From NCBI GenBank assembly GCA_035523815.1, contig DATKPZ010000037.1, positions 1-36,253 of the forward strand: 36,253 nt of DNA, given 5' to 3'. Under the pieces are notes generated by a model. That model did no database searches, was not told the origin of the DNA, and worked only from the letters and a program-made list of their open reading frames with translations. Source of the DNA: Alphaproteobacteria bacterium (GTDB lineage Bacteria > Vulcanimicrobiota > Vulcanimicrobiia > Vulcanimicrobiales > Vulcanimicrobiaceae). Every line of letters begins with the position of its first letter. Position 1 is the stretch's first letter. Below, one piece after another: positions 8,676 to 16,645 of this stretch. The position numbers were made by a program, and so were the translations under genes.

Positions 8676-9935
8676 TTAGGCGTAGATGCCGCGCAGCTTT
8701 AGCGCGCGAACCACGCGGTCGATCGCTAGCGCGTAGGCCGCGGTTCGGAAGTTCGCGTTGCGCGCGTTCTTGATCGCCCGCAGCTCGCCGAGGTTGGCGA
8801 GGAGCACGTCCTCGAGTTTCTCGTTGACTTCGGATTCTTTCCAAAAATAACCCATGCGGTCTTGAGCCCACTCGAAATACGAGACGGTCACGCCGCCGGC
8901 GTTGGCCATGATGTCGGGGATGACGACGATGCCGCTCTGCTTGAAGATACGATCGGCCTCGGGCGTGGTCGGACCGTTCGCGCCCTCCACGATCAGTTTG
9001 GCCTTCACTTTCGACGCGTTTTCGGAGGTGAAGACCTTCTCGAGAGCTGCCGGCACCAGCACTTCGCAATCGGCGGTAAGCAACTCGGCGTTGCTGATGC
9101 GGTCGCCGCCCTTGAAGCCTTCGAGGCTCCGATTCTTGACCGCATGGTCGATCGCCATCGGAATGTCGATACCGTCGGCGTTGTAGAATGCGCCGGTGAC
9201 GTCGGAGATGCCGCACACTTTGCAACCGCGTTCCGCGAAGAGTTTGGCCGCGTACAGTCCGACGTTGCCGAAGCCCTGGATCACGACTCGCGTCTGCTCA
9301 GGCACGAGGCCCATCTGATGCATTTCGTCGAGCGCGCAGATCGTCACGCCGCGTCCGGTCGCTTCGACGCGGCCGCGAGAACCGCCGATCTCGAGCGGCT
9401 TGCCGGTGACGACGCCCGGCACGTTCTGACGAACGTGCATCGAGTAGGTGTCCATAAACCAGGCCATGACCTGCGGGGTGGTGTTGACGTCGGGCGCCGG
9501 AACGTCCTTATCGGGGCCCACGACTTCGACCAACTCTGCGGCATAGCGCCGCGTGATGCGCTCCAGTTCGTTCATCGAAAGCGTCGACGGGTCGCAAGTG
9601 ACGCCGCCCTTTCCGCCGCCGAACGGAAGATCGACAACCGCGCACTTCCAGGTCATCCAGAACGCGAGCGCCGTCACTTCGTCCAGGGTGACTCCGGGAT
9701 GGTAGCGGATGCCGCCTTTCGCAGGTCCGCGCGCGAAATTGTACTGCACGCGGTAGCCCGTGTAGACTTCGAATTCGCCGCTATCTCGCTGGAACGGAAT
9801 GGAGAAGATGATCTGACGCGATGGGTGCGTGAGGATTCGCCGCATTCCCGAGTCCAGTTCGAGAAGATCGGCCGCCTCGTTGAAATAGGCGATGCCGTCT
9901 CCAAAAACCGAGACTTCGCGTACCGCAGTGGTCAT
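8676..9935 (-). CDS. gdh: glutamate dehydrogenase (Glu/Leu/Phe/Val dehydrogenase family)
   Basis: GPAKGGIRYHP and PFGGGKGG catalytic-Lys motifs, dinucleotide fold GFGNVG, 419 aa. GGAGG lies upstream of ATG 9935. Confidence 0.9.
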   Translation of the reverse strand: MTTAVREVSVFGDGIAYFNEAADLLELDSGMRRILTHPSRQIIFSIPFQRDSGEFEVYTGYRVQYNFARGPAKGGIRYHPGVTLDEVTALAFWMTWKCAVVDLPFGGGKGGVTCDPSTLSMNELERITRRYAAELVEVVGPDKDVPAPDVNTTPQVMAWFMDTYSMHVRQNVPGVVTGKPLEIGGSRGRVEATGRGVTICALDEMHQMGLVPEQTRVVIQGFGNVGLYAAKLFAERGCKVCGISDVTGAFYNADGIDIPMAIDHAVKNRSLEGFKGGDRISNAELLTADCEVLVPAALEKVFTSENASKVKAKLIVEGANGPTTPEADRIFKQSGIVVIPDIMANAGGVTVSYFEWAQDRMGYFWKESEVNEKLEDVLLANLGELRAIKNARNANFRTAAYALAIDRVVRALKLRGIYA

Positions 9936-10067
9936 AGAATTTTTTCAGCCTCCGGGGAGTTCAAACCCCGAAAGCTACGGGGAATCGCGGTAAACGCCCT
10001 TTAAAACTACGCCACGCTGGGCTTGCCAAGCGACCTTAGTCTTAAGGACTTTATCGAGGGGTGCCCT

Positions 10068-11162
10068 TTAAACGTTGAATCGGAAGTTGACCACGTCTCC
10101 CTCTTGCATGACGTAGTCCTTGCCCTCACTGCGCACCTTTCCGGCGGTGCGCATCGCGTCCATCGTCTTGTAAGCCACGTAGTCGTCGTACGAGACGATC
10201 TCAGCCCGAATGAAGCCGCGCTCGATATCGCCGTGGATCTTGCCCGCCGCCTGCGGCGCTTTGGTGCCCTTGGCAATGGTCCAGGCCCGAACTTCCTTTT
10301 CGCCGGCGGTCAAAAACGTCATCAGCCCGAGCAAATCGTACGCGCGCAGCGCGAGTTCATCGAGTCCGCTGCGTTCGATCCCGAGCTCCGCACAAAACTC
10401 CCGAGCTTCTTCGTCGGAAAGACCGGCGAGCTCCGATTCGATCTTTCCGCACAGTGTGACCACGGCGCTGCCGTCCGTCTTCGCCACCGCCCGCACCGCG
10501 TCGACCAGCGGGCCCGGCTTCCCGATCTGCGCTTCGTCGACGTTTGCGACATATAAAAGCGGTTTGGCGGTGAGGAGAAAGGACTCGTTTGCGATCTCAC
10601 GCTCCGCACTTTCGGGCGCAAAGCTACGCGCGGGTTTTCCCGCCTCGAGCGCGGCCACGACGTTCTGCGCGGCTTCGAGCGCGCCACGGCGTTTGGGATT
10701 CGAGCGCGCCTCGCGTTCGAGTTTTTCGAGGCGCTTCTGCATGGTGGCAAGATCGGCGAGCGCAAGTTCGATCGAAATGATCTCGATGTCGCGCGCAGGA
10801 TCCGGGCTTCCCTCGACGTGCGTCACGTTGTCGTCTTCGAAGCACCGCACCACCATCGCAATCGCGTCGGTTTCACGGATATGACTGAGGAAGGCATTGC
10901 CTAGCCCTTGCCCCGTGGAGGCTCCGCGTACGAGTCCGGCGATATCGACGAAGCGGACGGTTGCGGGCACGATGCGCTCGCCATGCACGAGTGTTTGCAG
11001 CACCCCCAATCGATCGTCGGGCACTGCGACTTCTCCAACATTCGGTTCGATCGTGGCGAACGGATAGTTTGCCGCGAGCGCTTGCGCCGAGCGGGTAAGG
11101 GCATTGAAGATGGTTGACTTGCCGACGTTGGGCAAGCCGACGATTCCGCAGGATAGCGCCAT
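10068..11162 (-). CDS. ychF: ribosome-binding ATPase YchF (Obg-like GTPase family)
   Basis: MALSCGIVGLPNVGKSTIFNALT P-loop at the N-terminus and a TGS-like C-terminus ...GDVVNFRFNV. ATG 11162 is chosen over track start 11216 because YchF proteins begin just before the P-loop. Confidence 0.92.
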   Translation of the reverse strand: MALSCGIVGLPNVGKSTIFNALTRSAQALAANYPFATIEPNVGEVAVPDDRLGVLQTLVHGERIVPATVRFVDIAGLVRGASTGQGLGNAFLSHIRETDAIAMVVRCFEDDNVTHVEGSPDPARDIEIISIELALADLATMQKRLEKLEREARSNPKRRGALEAAQNVVAALEAGKPARSFAPESAEREIANESFLLTAKPLLYVANVDEAQIGKPGPLVDAVRAVAKTDGSAVVTLCGKIESELAGLSDEEAREFCAELGIERSGLDELALRAYDLLGLMTFLTAGEKEVRAWTIAKGTKAPQAAGKIHGDIERGFIRAEIVSYDDYVAYKTMDAMRTAGKVRSEGKDYVMQEGDVVNFRFNV

Positions 11163-11248
11163 GGTGCGGGCCCTTGCGTTCGTGCGGGCGACGCCCGCAC
11201 CCTTGCCGCATAGCAAGAGAATCCCGCAGGGGCGTCGGATACCATCAG

Positions 11249-11725
11249 ATGCGCCAAATGAAGGTCGACAAGCTCGGGATCGACCTGATCACCCACGATC
11301 CGGTCGTGATCCTCAAGGATATGGATGGGTCGCACTACCTTCCGATCCTAATCGGCCCGTTCGAGGCAACCGCGATCGCGCTTGCGCTGGAAGCCGCGCC
11401 GGTCCCCCGGCCCCTCTCGCACGATCTAATGCGCAACATCCTCGAGTCGCTCGAGACGACCCTCGAGCAAGTGATCATCCACGACATCAAGGACTCGACG
11501 TTCTACGCCAAGCTCATCCTGCGCTGCGACGGCGATCTGCAAGAGATCGACGCTCGTCCCTCGGACGGCATCGCGCTCGCGCTGCGCATGAAGGCGCCGA
11601 TCTACGTCACCGACAAGATCGTACTCGAGGAATCAGCCCCCGATAAAAAGCCGGTCGACGACTCCGAGATGACGCGTTTCAAGAAATTTCTCGACGATTT
11701 GAAGCCGTCCGATTTCAATCGATGA
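11249..11725 (+). CDS. bifunctional nuclease family protein (BFN/DUF151)
   Basis: LPILIGPFEATAIALAL, RPLSHDL, FYAKL and IDARPSDGIALALR match the DUF151 pattern. Start is ATG 11249 or 11258; the upstream Arg-rich part of the track ORF overlaps ychF and is rejected. Confidence 0.8.
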   Translation: MRQMKVDKLGIDLITHDPVVILKDMDGSHYLPILIGPFEATAIALALEAAPVPRPLSHDLMRNILESLETTLEQVIIHDIKDSTFYAKLILRCDGDLQEIDARPSDGIALALRMKAPIYVTDKIVLEESAPDKKPVDDSEMTRFKKFLDDLKPSDFNR

Positions 11726-12084
11726 ACGCACCCTTCCAGTCGGTCGATCACGTGCAGCTCGCAATGCCGCCGTCTCGCGAGGATTCCGCGCGAGCCTTTT
11801 ATTCGGCGCTACTCGGTATGGCCGAGATCCCCAAGCCGGCCGATGCAAACGATCGCCGCGGCTGCTGGTTCGCGAGCGGCGACGTACAGATCCATCTCGG
11901 CGTCGAAGAAGATTTTCGACCGGCCAGAAAAGCTCATCCCGCGCTCCGATGCGCCGATTATGACGCGCTGTTGGAGCGACTGCGCAAGCACGGCACCGCC
12001 GTTCGCGAGGATGACCGTTCCGCGCAGCGGCGAGCGTATATCGACGACCCGTTTGGTAATCGGATCGAACTCATCGCTCTTTAG
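11722..12084 (+). CDS. VOC (glyoxalase/bleomycin-resistance/dioxygenase) family protein, 120 aa
   Basis: HVQLAMP...FY..LLGM...IHLGV...HPALR...DPFGNRIELI is the single-VOC-module pattern. ATGA overlap with the BFN stop. Confidence 0.7.
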   Translation: MNAPFQSVDHVQLAMPPSREDSARAFYSALLGMAEIPKPADANDRRGCWFASGDVQIHLGVEEDFRPARKAHPALRCADYDALLERLRKHGTAVREDDRSAQRRAYIDDPFGNRIELIAL

Positions 12085-12158
12085 CCCCGGGAATCGGCCC
12101 CAAACCCGCGAACTCCCCGGGTGCAACATCACCCATTTCACGCACAGTAACGGAGATT

Positions 12159-12956
12159 ATGGAAACGACGGAGCGCGCCGACATCGGCGTTTTTGGCGGA
12201 TCAGGATTTTACTCGCTGATCGAAAACGCCCGCGAGGTATGGATCGAAACCCCCTACGGTGCACCTAGCGATCGCGTGGCGCTCGGCGAAATCGCTGGCA
12301 AACGCGTCGCCTTTTTGCCGCGGCACGGGAAGGACCATCGCTTTCCGCCGCAATCGATCAACTACCGGGCGAATCTATGGGCGATGAAGTCCCTCGGCGT
12401 GAAGTTCATCATCGCGCCCAACGCATGCGGCTCGCTCAAAAAGGACGTCAAGCCGGGATCGATGGTCGTATGCGATCAGCTCGTTGACCGCACCGCCGGC
12501 CGCAAAGACACGTTTTTCGACGGCCCGATCACGACGCACGTGAGCTTCGCGGACCCATATTGCCCGACGCTGCGGCCGCTTGCCGTCGACGCGCTGCGCT
12601 CCCTCGACATCGAGACCCACGCCACTGGAACCGTGGTGGTCATTCAGGGGCCGCGCTTCTCGACGCGCTCGGAATCGAAGTGGTTTCAGAGCCAAGGGTG
12701 GGAAGTCATCAACATGACCCAATACCCCGAAGCCTACCTCGCGCGTGAACTCGAGATCTGCTTCGTGAACATCTCGCTGATCACCGACTACGACGTCGGC
12801 ATCGACGGGATCGCACCGGTCTCTCACCACGAAGTGATGGAGGTCTTCAAGAAGAACAACGATCGCGTGAAGAACGCGATTGGAAGAATCGTCGAGAAGA
12901 TCGACCTGAAGGCCGATTGCTCGTGCCATCACGCGCTAGCCGGAGCACGGGGCTGA
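12159..12956 (+). CDS. mtnP: S-methyl-5'-thioadenosine phosphorylase
   Basis: IGVFGGSGFYSL, VAFLPRHGKDHRFPPQSINYRANLWA and NMTQYPEAYLARE are typical of the MTAP/PNP family. GGAG precedes the ATG. Confidence 0.85.
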   Translation: METTERADIGVFGGSGFYSLIENAREVWIETPYGAPSDRVALGEIAGKRVAFLPRHGKDHRFPPQSINYRANLWAMKSLGVKFIIAPNACGSLKKDVKPGSMVVCDQLVDRTAGRKDTFFDGPITTHVSFADPYCPTLRPLAVDALRSLDIETHATGTVVVIQGPRFSTRSESKWFQSQGWEVINMTQYPEAYLARELEICFVNISLITDYDVGIDGIAPVSHHEVMEVFKKNNDRVKNAIGRIVEKIDLKADCSCHHALAGARG

Positions 12957-12961
12957 TCCTG

Positions 12962-13672
12962 ATGCGTCGCGGCGGACCGAGCGTCAACCTCAAAATCTAC
13001 GCACAAGCGCTCGTCCACCTCGTGCGCCATCCCTCGATTTTGGCGCTGCCGCTTCTTGCCGCGATCCTCGGCATGGTTGTGGCGTACTGGCAAAACACGT
13101 TTACCGATCCGCTCGGCGGTTTCGGCGGCGGACTCTTTGCGTTTGTCATGCAGATCGTCTATCTCTTTGCGCTCGGCGGCGCCGTGATCCAAGCCAACAA
13201 TATCGCGCGCGGCTATAAGACCGGCTTTGACGACGCATGGGAAGAGACGCGGCGCAAAGCCGGCGGGATACTAATGGCGGCGCTCGGATTTCAATTCGTC
13301 GTATATGCGGCCGGATACATCGGCGGACTGCTCGGCAGCCAAATCTTGCAGATAGGCCTGCAGCTGCTGGCGTACTTCTTCCTGATCCTTACCATTCCGG
13401 CGGCGGCGATCGGTGGATTACCCGGCGGCCTTGCGCTCTCGGGATCGATTCGCGCGGTACGCGCCAATTTGCTCTCGTGCATTATTCTCGCGATTCTCTT
13501 TGCGGCGCTGTGGGTCTACGTGCCGGCGTATCTGCTCGGCCCGCTGCTCGCGCCGTACGGTGTGATCGCGTACCTGATCGGCCTTGCGCTGTTCAACGCA
13601 ATCGTTCTTGCATACATTGCGTTTCCTCTCGCCGTGACCTACGACGAAACGGCCTTCCGCGGCTTTTACTAG
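12962..13672 (+). CDS. polytopic membrane protein, unknown function (~6 TM)
   Basis: Strongly hydrophobic, Gly/Ala/Leu-rich helices. ATG 12962 lies 6 nt after the mtnP stop. GC-rich third codon positions. Confidence 0.6.
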   Translation: MRRGGPSVNLKIYAQALVHLVRHPSILALPLLAAILGMVVAYWQNTFTDPLGGFGGGLFAFVMQIVYLFALGGAVIQANNIARGYKTGFDDAWEETRRKAGGILMAALGFQFVVYAAGYIGGLLGSQILQIGLQLLAYFFLILTIPAAAIGGLPGGLALSGSIRAVRANLLSCIILAILFAALWVYVPAYLLGPLLAPYGVIAYLIGLALFNAIVLAYIAFPLAVTYDETAFRGFY

Positions 13673-14676
13673 CCGGATCCGGTGAGCGCCATGCGGACGA
13701 TTTCACTCACCATCGCCGGGCTGACGTTGGTGCGAGCAAGGCGCTGAGCATCGTCGAGTTTGCCGAAAAGCGCGATCGCCTCGGAGGGCCGTAGTGGCGG
13801 AAGGGCGCGCAGGTCGTCCGCGTAGTCGATGCTGATCACGGTCGCGCGATCGCCGGCGGCAGCCAGAGCCGTCCAGTCACGCACGAGCGTCTTGATCGTC
13901 TCTAGGCCTTCGTCCAATGTCTCACGCGTCGCCCAGCCGTCTTCCGGCGTTTCCCCGCGAGCTACGCGGAAGAACCATTCCGCGATCTGCGAACGCAGCG
14001 TCTCGTCATCGCCGCCGAGCGCGGCCACCGCGCGCGTGACGCTTCCCTGACCGAGCGACGCTCCAAGCTGCGCGCGCTCCTGATCGTAGCCGCGCTCGAG
14101 CAGAATCTCGCGTACCTGCGTCTGTGCCAGCAGGGGAAAGCGCAGCTCGATGACCCGCGAGCGAATGGTCGGCAACAGACGTCCGGGCGTGGGAGAGGTG
14201 AGGATCAGCACGACGCCGCGCGGCGGCTCTTCGAAAAATTTGAGCAGCGCGTTAGCCGCGTGATGCGTGGCGAAGTCGATGTCGCCGAGGAGCAATACGC
14301 GCATCCCGCCGCTGTAGGACTGCATTGAGAGCTGTCGCACGAGATCGCGCGCGGTGAGATCCTCACCTTCGTGGAATCCCATCGCGGCGTCGGCGTCGCC
14401 GATCTTCAGAATGCCGGTGTGCTCCAAAAAGTCCGGATGTCGCGCACCTTCGCGCGTAAAGAGCCGGCACGAGGCGCACGTTCCGTCGTAGCCGAGGACG
14501 CCGTCTTTGGGCGCCTCGCAAAGAAGCGATTGCGCCAAGCGCCGGGCGAAGAATTTCTTGCCGACACCAGGCGGGCCGCTGAAGAGATACGCGTGGGCGA
14601 GAGACGCCGGCGTCATCCGGCCAAAATAGGTCTTTGGTCCCTCCGCGCCGATCACGTCGAACTGCAAGTCGCTCAC
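13669..14676 (-). CDS. holB: DNA polymerase III delta' subunit
   Basis: HAYLFSGPPGVGKKFFARRLAQSLLCE, a clamp-loader AAA+ module with a Cys-rich zinc-module segment. The GTG start shares one base with the tmk stop. Confidence 0.8.
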   Translation of the reverse strand: MSDLQFDVIGAEGPKTYFGRMTPASLAHAYLFSGPPGVGKKFFARRLAQSLLCEAPKDGVLGYDGTCASCRLFTREGARHPDFLEHTGILKIGDADAAMGFHEGEDLTARDLVRQLSMQSYSGGMRVLLLGDIDFATHHAANALLKFFEEPPRGVVLILTSPTPGRLLPTIRSRVIELRFPLLAQTQVREILLERGYDQERAQLGASLGQGSVTRAVAALGGDDETLRSQIAEWFFRVARGETPEDGWATRETLDEGLETIKTLVRDWTALAAAGDRATVISIDYADDLRALPPLRPSEAIALFGKLDDAQRLARTNVSPAMVSEIVRMALTGSG

Positions 14677-15287
14677 TATAGGACCGCCGAGAGCATGCCG
14701 AACGCCTGCGCGACCAGTTCCTCGGGAGGCTTGGTTGCGTCGAGCACGCGATAACGCGGCGAAGCCTGCGCCAAGTCCAGGAACCCGCGGCGTACGCGTT
14801 CGTAGAAGGCCGGATCCTCGCGCTCCATGCGATCGCCGGCCCCGCCGTCGCGCGAGGCGGCGCGCTCGCGCGAAATCGCAACGGGCACGTCGAGCAGGAA
14901 GGTCAGCGTCGGGACAAGGCCCCCGCTCGCGGTATCGCAGAGCTCTTGTAAAAACCCGAGGTCGATGCCGCGCCCATAGCCCTGGTACGCCAGGGTCGAG
15001 TCAACGAAGCGGTCGCATACGACGATCGTCCCGCTGCGCAGCGCCGGTTCGATCAGGTCGACCACATGCTGTGCGCGCGCAGCATTGATCAGGAGCGCCT
15101 CGGTCAACGGCGCCACCTGCAGCCCCGGCTGGAGGAAGATTCCGCGGATCGCATCGCCCGCGGGCGTCCCCCCCGGCTCACGGGTCACGATGGTTTCCTT
15201 GCCCGTAGCGCGTAATCGTTCGGAAAGGCCGGCTACGAGCGTGCTCTTGCCGCAGCCTTCAATGCCTTCGACCGTGATAAATGGCAC
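14676..15287 (-). CDS. tmk: thymidylate kinase
   Basis: FITVEGIEGCGKSTL P-loop, DRFVDSTLAYQGYGRG, 203 aa, GTG start at 15287. Confidence 0.92.
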   Translation of the reverse strand: MPFITVEGIEGCGKSTLVAGLSERLRATGKETIVTREPGGTPAGDAIRGIFLQPGLQVAPLTEALLINAARAQHVVDLIEPALRSGTIVVCDRFVDSTLAYQGYGRGIDLGFLQELCDTASGGLVPTLTFLLDVPVAISRERAASRDGGAGDRMEREDPAFYERVRRGFLDLAQASPRYRVLDATKPPEELVAQAFGMLSAVL

Positions 15288-15315
15288 GGATCGTTATTCG
15301 ACGGAGCGGCTTTAT

Positions 15316-16005
15316 ATGTCATCTCCCAGCTCCATGTTCGGCGACATCATCGAGTGGTTTCTCGGGCGCGCGGGCGATCGGCGTCAGTACAAGCGTAAGG
15401 CCGGCGCGTACCACATGTGGTATCAGCCCAATCCGAGCGATGCGAACCTGCTCAAGTCAGGCGTCGGACTCGAAATCTCGCCCAACGGCGCCATGTTCAT
15501 CCTGCAGGAGCCGATCGCGGCGAACTCCTTTAATATCATCGCCCGCATACGCGAGCGCAACATCCCCCTTCGCGTCAAGCACGTGCGCTCGGATCAGGTG
15601 CAGCACCAGGGCGGGAAGTGGCACCGGTACATGTGCGAGTTCGTCGGAATCGCCGCGGATGATTGGGATGCGATCGTTCGCTACGTCAACGACGAGCCCG
15701 AGAGCGATCGGCGCAAGATGCAGAATCAGGAACCGAGCGAGAAGGTTGACGACGCCTATCGGCTGCTGCCGCTCGCGCTCCAGCAAAAAATCATCAACAT
15801 GCTGGTCTCGCAGAACAAGCTTGAGGCCCCCAAGCCTGGCCAGACGCCGCTCCTCAAACTCTTCTACGGCGGCCTGGTGAACCGGCCGGGGCAGAAGCCC
15901 TCGCACCGCTTCAACGTTCACAGCCGCATCAAACGCGGCGACGAGATGCTCGCCTTCGATACCCGATTCCTGGTCGGCGAAGACGGCGAGATCACGGCGA
16001 TCTAA
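15316..16005 (+). CDS. PilZ-domain protein (putative c-di-GMP receptor) with an uncharacterised C-terminal half
   Basis: RRQYKR (residues 22-27, RRxxxR) followed 26 residues later by EISPNG (the D/NxSxxG position). GGAG at 15303-15306 precedes ATG 15316. The upstream part of track ORF 15085 is antisense to tmk and is rejected. Confidence 0.55.
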   Translation: MSSPSSMFGDIIEWFLGRAGDRRQYKRKAGAYHMWYQPNPSDANLLKSGVGLEISPNGAMFILQEPIAANSFNIIARIRERNIPLRVKHVRSDQVQHQGGKWHRYMCEFVGIAADDWDAIVRYVNDEPESDRRKMQNQEPSEKVDDAYRLLPLALQQKIINMLVSQNKLEAPKPGQTPLLKLFYGGLVNRPGQKPSHRFNVHSRIKRGDEMLAFDTRFLVGEDGEITAI

Positions 16006-16018
16006 GGAGGTCGATCAC

Positions 16019-16621
16019 ATGCACGTCGCAGCCGTCGTTCTGCTCGCCCTTCTCAAGGAGCCTGCACTGACCGGTCGATGCGCGACGTTCGTTCGTGATA
16101 CTCATTCGTCCGTTCATACGTTCCCAAACGGCACCGAACTGCGCGTCGACGCGGATCGCGCGGGGCAGCTGCACGTTTCAGCACCGGCGCCGGGATGGAT
16201 CCCCATCTCCGCCACCGTGGTGTATTGCGGATCAAAAGATCTCGCCGACCAAGACGCGGTCATGGCCGCTATCGACAAGGTCAGTGCGCGCGCAAAAACG
16301 GACCGGCTCGCTGCCGATACGCTGATGCGCTACCAAGTGTACGGCGCTGCCGACGGCTATGCAGGCGAAACGGCGAGCGACGCTCTCGCGGCCTTGATGG
16401 TGGAAAACCCCAAGCTTCTGATCTCGGTGTTGGATCAACTACCGGACACGAAGCGCGAGGACACGTTGCGAGGCTTGGTCTTGACCGGCTCCGGCGACGC
16501 CGCCCGAGTCCGAGCCTTCGATAAGGCGACATCGGAAGAACCAACGCATCCGACGTCGGTTACCTGGCGAGCTCTCTCGAAGAAGTGCGGGCCGGGTCTG
16601 ACTCGACTCCCAAATTGCTGA
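16019..16621 (+). CDS. hypothetical protein, 200 aa, short N-terminal hydrophobic segment
   Basis: AGGAGG lies 8 nt upstream of ATG 16019 and 13 nt after the PilZ gene. GC-rich third positions. No recognisable motif. Confidence 0.55.
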   Translation: MHVAAVVLLALLKEPALTGRCATFVRDTHSSVHTFPNGTELRVDADRAGQLHVSAPAPGWIPISATVVYCGSKDLADQDAVMAAIDKVSARAKTDRLAADTLMRYQVYGAADGYAGETASDALAALMVENPKLLISVLDQLPDTKREDTLRGLVLTGSGDAARVRAFDKATSEEPTHPTSVTWRALSKKCGPGLTRLPNC

Positions 16622-16645
16622 TAAGCGCGAGCGAAGCCGCGCGAC

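Noticed and set aside
12085-12158. Possible riboswitches upstream of mtnP (SAM-related), pdxS (30128-30190) and the bio operon.
   Set aside because: The gaps are only 74, 63 and 18 nt or less, too short for known riboswitch aptamers plus an expression platform. No conserved cores were recognised.
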